Shown: piece after piece, positions 44,801 through 60,440 of the stretch
How the letters are laid out: every line of letters starts with the position of its first letter
How positions within the stretch are numbered: position 1 is the stretch's first letter
Source of the DNA: Eledone cirrhosa
Lineage: Eukaryota
NCBI GenBank assembly: GCA_964016885.1
Contig: OZ024756.1
Location: forward strand, 44,516,001 to 44,580,000
Direction of reading: 5' to 3'
DNA length: 64,000 bases
The notes under the pieces: generated by a model
What the model was told of the DNA's origin: nothing
Seen by the model: the letters and a program-made list of their open reading frames with translations, nothing else
Database searches by the model: none
Made by a program: the position numbers and the translations under genes

Positions 44801-45480
44801 CATTGTTTAATACTTTCTTATCAAACCAACAATAATCGATCCCAAGACTTTATTCGTACTATATTTCATTGATCCCTGAAGACAAAGTAGACCGATGAAT
44901 GAAGGAATTTAAATTGGTTGAACAAGATATGGAGGAATTGAGAAAAGAGGAGAATAAAAATATGAATGAAATAATAATAGAATACGGGAATCGATGTGTA
45001 AAGTAATGAGAAATTAAAACAAGAGTGAATAGAATAAATGAGAAGATGATGGAATGATGGAATGAGCGAAAAGGATAATGTAAGGAAGTGAATAAAATAA
45101 GTGGAGGGGGAAAAGATGGTGAGAAATTGAAGAATGGTAAAACTGAAATTTACAGCTTATGTTTATGCAGGTTTAGCTGGTGTCTAGCAAGGTTTCATCT
45201 CATGGAAGATTTCCCGGCTGTTTTAATGATAAGGACCTCACTGCTATCCTGAAAATCAACGTGAAATGATGTGGCTTGCCCCAAAAGACATAATACACTG
45301 CCCAGTCCATGAATTGAGCCGATGACGTTTGGATCACGAACGACTTTAAACACTCACTATCCCACACAGAGAGAGAGATTGAGAGAAAGAACGACTAGGG
45401 ATTAATTAAGAAATGAATTAATCAAATTAACGAAATAATTAGTTATCTAATCCATTAACTTTCCTTTCTCTACTTAACAG

Positions 45481-45548
45481 ATGTGTTTTATGAACCGAGC
45501 TTTGGAGAATGTAATAAACGAAAATTCAAGGATTGCCAAAAGAATCAG
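45481..45548 (+). CDS. Candidate 68 nt internal exon of an unidentified host gene
   Basis: Acceptor ttcctttctctacttaacAG and donor CAG|GTTAGT; two frames are open (MCFMNRALENVINENSRIAKRI or VFYEPSFGECNKRKFKDCQKNQ). Confidence 0.45.
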
Positions 45549-46543
45549 GTTAGTTTTTTACAAAAAAGAAATTTGACCATAAAGAAAAACACAAAAACAA
45601 AAAGTAAAACTTCTTATCCAATCAAATTACACCTTGATATTTCTTTTACCTGTATAAATAAGATTTGGGAAAAAATCTGTTATCCATTTCATACCTGGAC
45701 TGTTTACTTATTTATTTTGTATGTGTTTGTTTATGTGTGCGTGTATTTACGTGTGTTTGTGTGTGTTTACGTGTGTGTATATGTGTGCGTCTTTACATCT
45801 GCATGTGTGCATGTATGTGTGTGTTTGCGTATGGTGTGTGTTTTTGTACATGTGCATGTGAACATGTTTGTATATATACGTGTTTGTATTGGAAGAAATC
45901 AGCTGTTTTCATACCCAGTGAGGGGCTGCAACTGGTTTAGAATGCCAAAGTAACGTCATATGTCAAGACAGCGCTGGTACGACTCAGCAGTTAGAGACCT
46001 TCATTTAATTTTTCCTTTCCATCAAATGTGTAACTAATTTCAAACAACCTCAATATCTGTCAACTTATTTTTTGCCCAAAATATTAAGTTTACGAATACC
46101 ATACCTTATTTTAAAGCTTCTACACCACCCAACTGAAAAGACTTAGACCTCCGTGAAACCTATGTATTTCTGAAGTTGCAAAACGTTTTTAGAGATTATT
46201 GGCCATGAAATCGGTATGACTTTGGATTACTTTGCTCTATACCACATAAACACTGGTGCATCTACTGCTGGAAGTGTTTTTCTTGTTCTTATGATTGCCG
46301 CACATTAACACTTATACATTTACCAACCATAAATCATATTAACTGGGTTTGGGAGTGGCACGGGGGAGGATAAAGTCATAAATTGCTGAAAAACTTATGG
46401 TCTATTCACGCGCGATTGCTTTCTGATTTTAGGGTTTATATTTTAAACGGCGATTTATTTCAATTTTCTGGTCCGTGCTTTCGTTCAACGCTTTTCTCAA
46501 CTTGATTCCGCCTGGTAATACTGAAGGATCTTCTCACTAAAAG

Positions 46544-46598
<55 letters not shown>

Positions 46599-46958
46599 GA
46601 GAAGAAAGAAGAATACTGCGTGGTTGCACATGGGTTACATATGATAAAAATAGTCCTTCGTCAGTGATTTTCCAACCATCATTGGTATTTCATCGCATTC
46701 AAAATCATATACCTCAGGTTGGTGCGAGCAATAACTAAAAAAAGTTATTGGGACCAGTAAATCGCGTAAAGCGAGGGGGACAAGTGAACAACATAGAAGG
46801 ATAAAAGCAAACCAAAGAAAGGAAAAAAACAAGCAACATGGTAGTCCTGGTCAGCATAAGCTGGGTGGATTTCATGAGCGAAAGGTACAGACGTCCGACA
46901 TGAGAGAGATGTAAGCAAGAAGAGACCCACTGTAAGCCAAACGGGAGGAAGAGAGAAG

Positions 46959-48435
<1,477 letters not shown>

Positions 48436-48527
48436 ACGAAGGAAATGTGGTAAGGAACCAGGTGGACCATAACGCACCAAAGTACTCAATACTTGGGGTA
48501 GTAGAGTGGGTAATAGGAACCAGTAAG

Positions 48528-48621
48528 ACCCCGACGGCTGAGCTCAAGCCGTTTCGACGGCTAATTCTGGACTAAATGAAAATTTATCCTGGTATTTAAA
48601 TAGCCGATCTTCTCAAGGGGT
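48528..48621 (-). ncRNA. Type I hammerhead ribozyme (U3-A8), copy in the 3' pLTR
   Basis: Reverse-complement copy of the 50955-51048 motif, downstream of the PLE ORF on the sense strand. Confidence 0.85.
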
Positions 48622-49699
48622 ATTGTCAAAAGTCAGTAGTAATTCTGTGATTGCAAATTAGTAGGGGAGATGGTGGCTCAACCTGCCAGTAGGAGAAAGA
48701 GGGGAGGGGTGGAGTAGACCCAATCAAGCGTTGGTAGTGCCAGCTACAGCTGGGCATGAGGTCAAAGAAGATACTGGGGAGGGGGAGGGGGAGGAAGTCG
48801 GAACGGTAGGTAGAACAATGAGGGGTAAAAATATATATGAAAGAAAAAATACTGAGAGTGAAGAAAAGCGAATTAGTGTAAAGAAAAAAGTAAAGCAAGT
48901 TCTACGAACTAAGTCTCTAGCTATTGTTAGGCTAGATAAATAAAAAAAGAAAGAAGTAAAGAATGAAAGAAAGAAATAACGAAATAAGTAAATGAACTAG
49001 GTGGGACGGAATAGGCAAGGAACCCTTTTAAGAGGTATAAGTACGTAAATCATACGGTGACAGGTCAACAAATGGGGCCAAAATACTAAGGAGACTACCA
49101 CGAAATAAATAATAAAGGTTTCTATCCCGGGCACAATGCCAGCAACCACCCAGTGCAGCAAAGTAAACTAGTACGAGATAATAATTCTGAGTCCCGAAAA
49201 AAATATATACTAATGCTAACTCTAAAAGATCTTAAACAAGCTACATGAAAGTTCGTACGAAGTAAAGGTAGAATACGGAAAAATAAATTCAGAATCCACC
49301 CCGCCCAAAAGAAAAGCGAAGAAAGAAATACTGAAACGAGAAAATAAGGCATAGTGCCACTAAGAAATATAGAAGGCACGGAAAATAGTGGGAGCGGTCG
49401 GAAAAAGGGGGCAAGTATCCGGGGTCTAAACCAACTGCTATAAAAAGCGGAGTCCGCCAAATCTATCATAGACTAGGGGAGGGGGTGGGGGTACTAAGGC
49501 TACAAGGGGCCAAAGGGCAGCCTCGGGTGGGCGAGAAAAGACGCCGACAAAGAAGAAGAGCTGGGGTAGAAGGACTAAGGAGGGATGGGGGAAGGAAATA
49601 AAGGAAGCGATAAAAGAATAAAAAGAAGATCTTACGTCTCCCTTGGCAAGCAGGGGTTACCCATTGCAAAATCGGCAAGTGGGGTGTTATAGCCCTAGT

Positions 49700-50647
49700 C
49701 TACCCCCCCGGGTCATTATGGGGTTTGAGGGCGAGGTAAGTCCTACGCAATCTATGTTTACATGCAGTAACCAGTTCATCTTTCTTGTTTAGGAGTTGGT
49801 CCGTCGAAAACAGCATTTGTAAAGTTTCCTCCGAGCATAAATTGCACGGACGGCGTCCTCCCGTGTAAGAATTGGCTCTGGACAGTAATCTCCAAGTGAG
49901 ATCATAGGTGATGTTGTTGTCCTTGAGGTCGCATATGTGGCCCGAAAGTGTAGTGGCGTGACGCCGGGCCGGGTTTCGGAAGGTATGTCTATGTTGGTAT
50001 AGCCGGGTCTTGAAGTCACATGCGGTAAGTCCTATATAGGCTTTGTTGGAGGTATCCGTCCTCACGTTGCACTGGTAGATTACATTACGGTCTCTGCATC
50101 TATTGTCGAGTGGGCAAATGGATCTATCCGGACAGTTACACCTCCTGGTCGGTTCTCCACTGCTATTTAGGTTATTTCTGCCATCGGGGTTGAGTTTTTT
50201 GTTGTTAGAGGAGACGATGTTTTGTGCGAAGTTAGATGTAGTGCTGTAAGAGAGTTTGATGGTATTTTTGTTAATTATGTTGTGGTAGCGGTGTTGTAGT
50301 GGGAAGTGTTTTTCAATGAGCCTAAAGAATAGTTTCCCGATGGGAGTTGTCACCTCTGCGTTGTGGGGAGGATTGAACCATGTTACATTGCGTGAGCGGT
50401 GGTGTCTCCTGCTGGTTCCGCTAATGGGAGCTGGACAGTAGGATATTTCCTCCCGGAAACCACTCCGCTTGAGGGCCTGGTTGTAATAAGGCGCATATTC
50501 ATCGAATATCCGCTCATTAGCTGACAAACGGGATATGCGGAGGGAGATGTTTTTGACCAGGTTGTTTGTGATGTTCCTAGGATGGTTTGATCGGCGGTGG
50601 ATGTAGTGCAGGTTGTCATTAGGTTTCCTGTATGGGTAGTACAGGTC
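49700..50647 (-). CDS. PLE ORF C-terminal part: RT thumb, Cys-rich linker and GIY-YIG endonuclease (5'-truncated, no true start codon)
   Basis: The frame is open from the inversion junction: DLYYPYRKPNDNLHYIHRRSNHP..., WFNPP, KHFP, IKLSYS, CNCPDRSICPLDNRC, NVIYQC...YIGLT..FKTRLYQH, CNLCSEE...LLNKKDEL...CKH. These are typical PLE motifs. Confidence 0.92.
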   Translation of the reverse strand, partial: DLYYPYRKPNDNLHYIHRRSNHPRNITNNLVKNISLRISRLSANERIFDEYAPYYNQALKRSGFREEISYCPAPISGTSRRHHRSRNVTWFNPPHNAEVTTPIGKLFFRLIEKHFPLQHRYHNIINKNTIKLSYSTTSNFAQNIVSSNNKKLNPDGRNNLNSSGEPTRRCNCPDRSICPLDNRCRDRNVIYQCNVRTDTSNKAYIGLTACDFKTRLYQHRHTFRNPARRHATTLSGHICDLKDNNITYDLTWRLLSRANSYTGGRRPCNLCSEETLQMLFSTDQLLNKKDELVTACKHRLRRTYLALKPHNDPGG

Positions 50648-50954
50648 GTAGAACTTGCTTTACTTTTTTCTTTACACTTATTCGCTTTTCTTCACTCTCA
50701 GTATTTTTTCTTTCATATATATTTTTACCCCTCATTGTTCTACCTACCGTTCCGACTTCCTCCCCCTCCCCCACCCCAGTATCTTCTTTGACCTCATGCC
50801 CAGCTGTAGCTGGCACTACCAACGCTTGATTGGGTCTACTCCACCCCCTCCCCTCTTTCTCCTACTGGCAGGTTTAGCCACCATCTCCCCTACTAATTTG
50901 CTATCACAGAATTACTACTGACTTTTGACAATCACTTTGACCATATATGGAATT

Positions 50955-51048
50955 ACCCCTTGAGAAGATCGGCTATTTAAATACCAGGATAAATTTTCAT
51001 TTAGTCCAGAATTAGCCGTCGAAACGGCTTGAGCTCAGCCGTCGGGGT
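50955..51048 (+). ncRNA. Type I hammerhead ribozyme with U3-A8 covariant core
   Basis: Helix I acccc/ggggt; core TTGAGAA (50960-66); helix II ga(t)cggcta/tagccgtc; GAAA (51021-24); helix III cggct/agccg; GUC cleavage triplet ending at 51043. Confidence 0.85.
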
Positions 51049-51058
51049 CTTACTGGTT

Positions 51059-51125
<67 letters not shown>

Positions 51126-51127
<2 letters not shown>

Positions 51128-51322
51128 AAGGCGGGTAAAATTCCCGAGATCCATGGACGAGTTCTCTCCAGCGGTCTCTGTCCCTCATTATCGCTGCCAT
51201 ATCCTGCATCTCCAACAGACCAGTGTCTGTCCTTAGGGCATCAACATATGTTAACCTTGGTCTTCCTCTTCTAGTGTGTCCATGTAGGGGCTCCCAAAGG
51301 AGCACTGAGTGCAATGTCAACT
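51126..51322 (-). mobile_element. RTE-type LINE 3' end in (TA)n
   Basis: [29 protein letters not shown]...[11 protein letters not shown]; the stop codon directly abuts (TA)n. Confidence 0.88.
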
Positions 51323-51343
51323 CTATATATATATATGTATATG

Positions 51344-51478
<135 letters not shown>

Positions 51479-51485
51479 GCATATG

Positions 51486-51516
<31 letters not shown>

Positions 51517-51520
<4 letters not shown>

Positions 51521-52225
51521 CATAAATCATGTCCTTAGAATTATTAGATAAAATATATACTACTTCCTCTCCCAATTAGCATAATTAACCATATACAAAA
51601 TCAATTAGACCAAGCTACAACCAATCTCCCGTTAGGTTGAGATACAATTGGGCGATATTTGGCTCCGCTTTCTAGCAACAAGCCTACCCGCCATAAGCAA
51701 CTAATCACATTCTTTCTAACTTGACCACTGCCACATCACGATTCTTAGCCATTTTTAAATCTATTTTTGGCGCGATCACTTTGGAAAACTAAATGTCTAA
51801 TTTTGAGTTTGTCTCCTGATGAATCCGTTACTCCAGACATATCCTATTAACTGGATGTCTAAAAATACGGATGAAACCATGGTAGAGATATAACTACGGT
51901 ATGTACACATTTCTTATAAGTTTGAATTTGCACCTAATTGTGTTTCTGCACGCTGTCGAAATGTTGGATAAATACTCTATTGGGGCCACCGCGAAGAGGC
52001 CGCATTTCGATTATTTGTCGGATATTTCTTCATAAGAGCCTTTATTCTTGTAGCTTGGTCTAATTGATTTTTTTAATATGGTTAATTATGCTAATTGGGA
52101 GAGGAAATGGTATATATTTTATCTAATAATTCTAAGGACATGATTTATGATATATTGCTCTGATTATTTAATTTATTAATTCTTCATAGAGCTACAGCGT
52201 GACCGGTTGCAACATAAATATCTAT
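51517..52225 (+). mobile_element. Non-coding hammerhead-bearing element with a ~105 bp inverted repeat (non-autonomous PLE/retrozyme-like)
   Basis: 51517-51620 is an inverted copy of 52048-52154. It contains a hammerhead, has no ORF, and lies between TA-rich microsatellites. The right boundary is approximate. Confidence 0.75.
51810..51890 (+). ncRNA. Type I hammerhead ribozyme, PLE-type with palindromic helix III
   Basis: Helix I tgtctc/gagata; CTGATGA (51816-22); helix II atccgt/acggat with an inner agacat/atgtct stem; GAAA; palindrome ACCATGGT; GUA triplet. Confidence 0.88.
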
Positions 52226-52248
52226 GACTTTATGTTTATGTATATGTA

Positions 52249-52457
<209 letters not shown>

Positions 52458-52477
52458 GTATATATATATGTATATAT

Positions 52478-53086
52478 ATGTCAGGTCACCAGTTGGTGCT
52501 ACTGGTAACATGTATCCCAGTACAACCTGTCTCATGGTCGGGTCGTTGGCGACTAAACTGGCAACCCCACCAAGGTTTCTTGGTGAGGAGGGTGACTTTG
52601 GACATCCTGCAGGACTAAAAACAAAACCTGTCAAAGGGCAAAGGAGCTCTTAAGAGTCAATGGCCATCCAAAATCACCGGGAGAGATGACCCCTTAGCCT
52701 TTGTCAAGGCAGAATTCTAGGAGAAGGAAAACTCTGATATAACACCTGCAACCCTGATGGTATCCAATGATGTTGACTTGTTCTTCTTTTTGGTAAATAT
52801 CATCTTGGTTAAGAGAGTGGGACTGGCTTTGTGCAGTGCCTTTGCTCACTATAAAAGCTTCACGGCACAGGCATTGCTTTATATCTGGAGATCTCTGCAC
52901 TTGTCGTCACAGGGTACCATGGGCCCAGCACTATGTGTCAATAATTGTCACAAGTGTAGTGTTTGTACCAGAGTTTTCAAGTCGCTGGCTGGAATAAAAA
53001 GTCGCACTCGTTCAGCGCATCGGTAGGGGTTCTCCTACATGGATATAAAGTAGTGGCCGTACTCGAAAACGAGTTGGCAGCCACCA
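52478..53086 (+). mobile_element. ~610 bp non-coding interspersed element, copy 2
   Basis: Reverse complement of 41212-41825 with scattered substitutions and the same two termini; TA/TATG flanks. Confidence 0.78.
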
Positions 53087-53153
53087 TATATATGTATATG
53101 TATATATATATGTATATATATATATGTGTATATGTATATGTATTTGTATATAT

Positions 53154-53227
<74 letters not shown>

Positions 53228-53322
53228 GTATTTGTATATATATATATGTATATGTATATATATATGTGTATATGTATATGTATATATATATATGTATATA
53301 TATATATGTATATGTATATATA

Positions 53323-53353
<31 letters not shown>

Positions 53354-53451
53354 GTATATGTATATATATATATGTATATGTATATATATATGTATATATA
53401 TATGTATATATATGTATATATATATGTATATATATATGTATATATATATGT

Positions 53452-53514
<63 letters not shown>

Positions 53515-53576
53515 ATATATATATGTATATATATATATATACAAGTTAATATATATATATGTGTGTGTGTGTGTGC

Positions 53577-53735
<159 letters not shown>

Positions 53736-54109
53736 TAGATAAAGGCAGTTATAAATTCCTAGGCGCTAAGCAGTGTTTTTATTGTTGTTCCAGCTTGGTT
53801 GTAAGCAATGACGGGGAGACGTAGGCGACCAGCGAAAAGTGATTAACGTGAAAAAGTGATGTGAAGTAAAATATGTCCGCACAATTGGGTCTGCCGGAAT
53901 ATTGGTCACCAGATTAATATACATTACTTTAACACACGCTATATGGACAAAATATTGTTGGGCTGTTGTGGATTTGTTTGATAAAGATTAAAGAAAATAT
54001 GAAAGAAAATCATTTTAATTTATTTAAATGAAAACAAAATGAAATAAGTTAAAGTGTTATTAGATTTAAGTATGTAAGTAAAGATGAATACAGTGTGTTA
54101 CTGATATGT

Positions 54110-54190
<81 letters not shown>

Positions 54191-56958
54191 CAGGAGGGAG
54201 AGATACATATGTAGATAGATATGATGCATGCATACGTAAATTCAGGCATATATACATACTTATATACGTGTTTACATATATACATATATGCTTCCATACA
54301 CACGCTCAGAGCTAAACTTATATCTCTCTCTCTCTCTCTCTCTCACTGTGGAGTCATCATAAACGAAAACAAGAAACAGAATTATGAAGTAAAAACTCCA
54401 CAGATCACAGACAGATAAGCTAAAAAAATGGTTCTATTGATAGAGAAATCATCCACTATACTTAATATATTCAATTCATCGATATCACTGCTGTTGTCAA
54501 TGTAACAAGACGCATGAGTCTTCCATCTCTATCAATTATACAACGAAGATGTATAAAATATTTGTAGATTATTTTACATTTGAAATGCAGCGTGAATGAC
54601 AGACTCCCATATTTTTCATGCATTTAATTGTATATTGTTTTATTGTCTGCTGTCATTTTACTTCAGTAATGGTCGTTACCGACTTTAAACGAGGCCAACC
54701 GAGGCAGATTGAAATAACACAATGTATTCTCGTGCAGAGGCACCATTTTGTTAACCCACGTCGGCACACTTACACACACACATACACTAATGTACACACG
54801 AGAACACATTATATATATATAGAGAGGTTAACTTTGCCTTTCATCCTTACGGGATCGATAAAATAAAGTACCAGTAATACACTGGGTATTTGCTGGCCTT
54901 GTGCCTAACGTAGAAACAATTATATATATATATATATAAAGTCCCGGGTTCAATTGTAGAACTGGCAAATACACCATGTCTTATCCCTAGTTACACTTCA
55001 CATGTATAAAACAGTGACTGAAACCACTTATTGGTTTCTAAAGCTGCAAGATATAACAACCTAATATATTTCCCCTTTTAGCCTAACTACTTCAAAAGAG
55101 ATGGAGACTTTTGATAAATTACTGTTGCCTAGAAAAATAAATAGAATTATGAAGAGCTGGAACGGTTTTCGTAAGACCACTCAATCAGAACTGACATGGA
55201 GCTAAACAACACCAACAACAACAACGACGATAATGAAAACAAAAAAAAACAACAACAACCACAATAACACCATCACCATAACCAACAACAACAGCAGCAA
55301 TTCTTTTTATTCATAGCCACTGTGTTTTAATTACAAATAAAGGAACTTGGAACTTGAAATGACCAAAGCAGAAAGTTTTTCATTCAGTGAAAAGACGATG
55401 AACTTGAAGCCTGTAAGGGCGATAAAGCATCTCTAGGCAGTAACAGAGATTGAATCAGATATGTGTTTTATTACGAATGTAAAGCTAACTTATGCTAATA
55501 TTTTATACTGAATTAACCTCCAGCTATATTCCCTCCAAATCCAATTATTTCTGTAATTATATATTTTTCAAATGGCACCATATATATTATTGCTACTGCA
55601 ACTGATAAAAGTGATACTAATACTATTACTAATACTGAGGTGGTTCAATAAAGTTAGTCCATTGTGCAAATAACACTCAGCCAAAGCGGATATGATTTAC
55701 ATATAAATAGAAAGTATAAGTCATACATGCGGATATATATATGTATGTGCACGTGTATATGTATATGTGTGTGTGTGTGTGTGTGTATTTATGTGTACAT
55801 ATGTATGTATATTAATATAAATGGATAAAGCTTTATACTCGCGAAATATGAAGGAAAAAGTGACAACTGCCAACGGGAATCGAACCATATTTCTATTGTA
55901 TACTCGACAACATCTATCTCTACACGAAGATGACATGATAGCTTTTTGCTCCAAATCATATCGTTTGACTATCGTATGTGTGGAGACACGTGACCTAGTG
56001 TTAAGAGTGTTGGACTTAGGATCATAATGTCGTGGAGTCGATTCTTGGACTGGGTTGTGATTTTTAGCTAAAACACTTCATTTCACGTTGCTCCAGTATA
56101 CTGAGCTAAAAATGAATACCATGGGATTTTATCATGCAATGGTCTGACATCCTGTCCAGCAGGGGGGGGGGGGTTCTTGTACTCTCAGTCACTTCACGCC
56201 ACCCACGGTAACCGGGATAAGCACCGGCCTGATGGCCTCCGAGCTTGAGACAGACATTAGAGACTTTAGACAATTGTTCGAGAAGGAGCAACCACTTAGC
56301 TACCAGTGCGGATCAAAGATATCCTTGCCTAACAACCCCACTCTAACACATGTTGAGTAAGATGATCGCAGAATAAAAATAAATCTAATGCAATATAAAA
56401 TATAGTAAAAAAAATGTTTATAATAAACTTAAATATATTCATACATGCGAGTTATGAGAGAAGCTCCTCTTAATGTTATGAGTAGAGTAAAAGCCTGGAT
56501 TTTTATATGATAGAGACTTAGAGCATCTCATTAGAACATCTCATTAGTACATCTCATAAGGAATTAAAGTCTTTAGTTTACTGGAAATATTTCCAATGTA
56601 ATGATACTATAAACATTTCAATTAATAAACCATATGAAACCACATTACAAGCCATTCGTGGAAACTAGAAAACACCGCGATGATTGTATCACATTAAAAA
56701 TTAAATTATTTAGTTTACTGCAAATGTTCGCAATGATCTGTCGACTAGTCAAGATACTATAAACATTTGAATTAAACCACATTAGCAAGACATTATTGAA
56801 AAGTACAGCAATATGTGTGTATCTGTTAATGTAGTAGTTTTGTGTTTTTGTTGACCTTGTGGCAGAAAAAAATATTAATATCATTATTGATATTAGGCAG
56901 AAATCATTATTAATGAGGTGAAAATAATTATTCTCTATTTGTCTAAGCATTAATATCT

Positions 56959-57053
<95 letters not shown>

Positions 57054-57105
57054 CGTGTTGGTGGTGGTCGTGGTGGTGGTAGTAGTAGTAGTAGTGGTGG
57101 TGGTG

Positions 57106-57190
<85 letters not shown>

Positions 57191-57544
57191 ATGGTCCCAA
57201 AATTGATGGCCTTGTGACTAAATTAGAAGGCATTATGATTGTGATTATCATTAAGCTCATGATGATGGTGATGGTTGTTGTAATTGTGTTGTAGCTACTG
57301 TATTGTTGTTGTTATAATTAATAACCTCACACGCCACCCCTAGCCCTCGTCATCATTAACATCAACACTATCATCATCATCATTCTCTTATTGGTTTCTA
57401 TTTGTGAATAAATCTAATTTAAAATAGAGGGAAGTTTTCAAATGTTTAAAAAATCACAAACGACGTAACGCCTATATTATAGAGGTACGTGTGTGGGTGT
57501 AGACACACATACGTATGTATATATATATATGTATACATATATAT

Positions 57545-57622
<78 letters not shown>

Positions 57623-58118
57623 ATTTTTCTCGAATATTTTCTCTTTTTCGTTAATTTGCTTGTTTGTTTTTTGACGTTTTTTCTTTTGTTCTATTTTTCT
57701 TGGGTGGGGGGGGGGGGTATTTTATGGGTTTGGGTGGAAGAGTCATTCTTTCGCCCCGTCTCCACTTTAAAGCTAATTTTATTGATAGTTTGCATCATGC
57801 AATCAATATTTCTGAGAACTTTTTCCTACATTGAACAGTTGGAGATATTGATTGGCTGTTATCGATTTGTTAATTGAGTAGCATACGACGAACAGAGAAA
57901 AGAAAAGGAGGTAAAAAAAATGTTTAAATGTATACATAACAAATATAAAGTTAAAAAGGAAGGAAAGAAAGAAGGAAATGCAAATAGTCAATCAAACAAT
58001 TTATGAAACAAATATAGAGAGGAAATTAAAAGACGAAGTATTCGAGAATGAAAAAATAGGATTAGTATTATTATATTAAATTATAAAATTTAATAAAGAT
58101 GAAGATAACCTAATGGAG

Positions 58119-58159
<41 letters not shown>

Positions 58160-58711
58160 ATATATATATAAACATATAATATAAATATATATGTATATAT
58201 ATAAACACATTAAGATATATGCATTGTATGTTGTGTGTGTATATCTGTCTATCTGTCTTTATCTATCTCTCCCCATGCTCACACACATGTGTATATGTGT
58301 ACGTGTATGTTTGTTTGTGTCCTCACTTAATATTGTTCACATTCTATTTGATTATGACTTGAAGTGAAGCTATGTAAACCGATTCCATTTTACTATGTGA
58401 TTTAAAGAAGAGTTATATTTCTATGGTAAATTCCTTGTCATAAACACATCACTGGAATTCTATATAGGTTCCCAAATCACTTCAACATTGACATATATAT
58501 GCACTTGATACATATTTAAGGAAGATGGATAAAAGCCAACAATATAAATATTTTCTTTAAAACACGCAGTGTTTTGTGGATTTTTTTCTTCGGTTTAACA
58601 TATTCATGCTACCAGTTGTATGCACCCGCCGAGGTTAGCTTTGCTTTTCATTCTTGCGAGGTCGATAAAATAAAGTACCAATAACGCACTGGAGTCAATT
58701 TAATCGACCCC

Positions 58712-58742
<31 letters not shown>

Positions 58743-60169
58743 AAATGGTTATCCTTTTTCCTATATCAGAAAGCATTATTTAGCTATTTACTTCTGGAAT
58801 TCTTTCTCGGTAAGGATTATTTTCAATGGGAATTACCATAGTTTTATCTTTAAAATATGGAGAGTTACAGACAATTCTTTAGTCTCTGCAAATTTTGTTT
58901 CTCTGTCTCACCCGCCTCGTGTTCATCTTCCATGTAGTGTAGTTCGGTCTCTATGCGATTCTCCGATAGTTATGTTCAATGTTATCCAAATGACATGATT
59001 CATCACTCCAAATTTATTATAACTAGGTGTCCCCTCCCCTGAAGCTCCTCACCACCATCCTCTCCTACAGATCTCTACCTTATTGCCTCTAATGTATGTA
59101 GATTCTAAAGCTTGTAATAAACTGTAGGCACTGCATAAGTTATCTCTCTTCTCTCAACTAAAAAGAGGGGATCGCCTTCCCCTTTTCACTCCTACACATA
59201 TATATGACGGACAGGCAGACGGAGAAACAACTTTTCTTTTATAATAGAGATTTTCAAATAATACCATGTCTAAAGGGCGAGCAGAAAAGCAACTTGTTAG
59301 TGGAAAACTGAAAAAGAAATATTTTACTTTCAGTATATCGAAGAAAGTAGAGTTACTTATAAGCATATTAAGTGCATTAGTAAAGATAGATCGAAAAGAA
59401 CCTGTCCTTGAAGTGTATTGATTTGTATCTGTTAAATACAATTTTATTCTTTATTTTACATGGTTTATTTTCTACTTTATCTATTGTTACACCTTAAAGG
59501 AGTCACATCTCAATGAAGTAGACGGCAGATGTGTAAATATTCTATCTTATGTGACGATCAGAAAATAAAAGAAGTTGATTGATTAATATCGATATCAATC
59601 ATTTTTGGTTTGATTTTTGTTGTATTTTTTTACTGATTTAAAAAGCGTAATGGGTTGTAAAATGAAAAAGAGAAAATATATATTCAAATACCCAGTATAA
59701 ACATTATAGAATATACTTTACAATGTATGTTTTCTTCTCATCAATGTTATAATAAAATAGCGTTAAAGGAAACGCTGTTGACTGTTTGTGTGTGTATATA
59801 TGTGTGTGTTAAACGAAATAGAGACAGACGGACAGATGGGCAGGTAGACGGACAAAGATGATGAAAGAAAGTAACAGAGAATCAGATAAACAAGGAGATA
59901 AATAGAAAAAGAGGGGAGAGAAAGTAATATAGTTAATAAAATCTAAATCTTAAATTTAGTTTATTCATGGAGAAATTCGTGTCAGACAAGTTGTGATGCG
60001 ATAGGTTGATAATGAGTACGTTAGTGTGAATTAGTGACTGTGTATATATATATATACGTGTGTGTGTTTGGTTGTTTGCGTACATATATGCGTGTATATG
60101 TGCATGTTTTTTTTTTATACAGTTGTTTATGCGTGTACATTATATATTTTAAATGTTATATACGAACAT

Positions 60170-60440
60170 CTAAATGATCGCAATCATACGATTGTTTACG
60201 TAGTCGTTTTACTAGTCGAAAGAAACGAGTTGCCCTATATCTCTATGTTATTGTGTTGTCTCAAATACATCTTTCTGGGGAATTATTTTAATCCGTCGTG
60301 AAACCTGTGCTCAATATTGTCCAAAACCACCCTTATGCACGAAATTATATTGTCCAGTACTGGCTGGTGAGGATGATAGATAGCGTTGTTCATTTGTCCC
60401 ACACAATTGTTTTCCCTTTTTGGAGTGAGGAAGAGCATTC
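60170..60440 (-). pseudogene. Decayed RTE/LINE RT N-terminal fragment
   Basis: LPHSKKG..C..N..R.LS resembles PLPKKGD...C.NYR.ISL. Confidence 0.45.

Larger units (their letters stand above)
48436..51062 (-). mobile_element. Penelope-like retroelement, 5'-truncated, with inverted pLTR (tail-to-tail structure), inserted in (TA)n
   Basis: GIY-YIG ORF on the minus strand is followed by a ~1.25 kb 3' region. 50646-51062 is an inverted copy of 48514-48907. Both ends abut (TA)n, and each repeat carries a hammerhead fold. Confidence 0.93.

Noticed and set aside
46671-46722. Hammerhead-like arrangement with ccaac/gttgg helix I
   Set aside because: A9 and N17 are wrong and helices II and III are poor.
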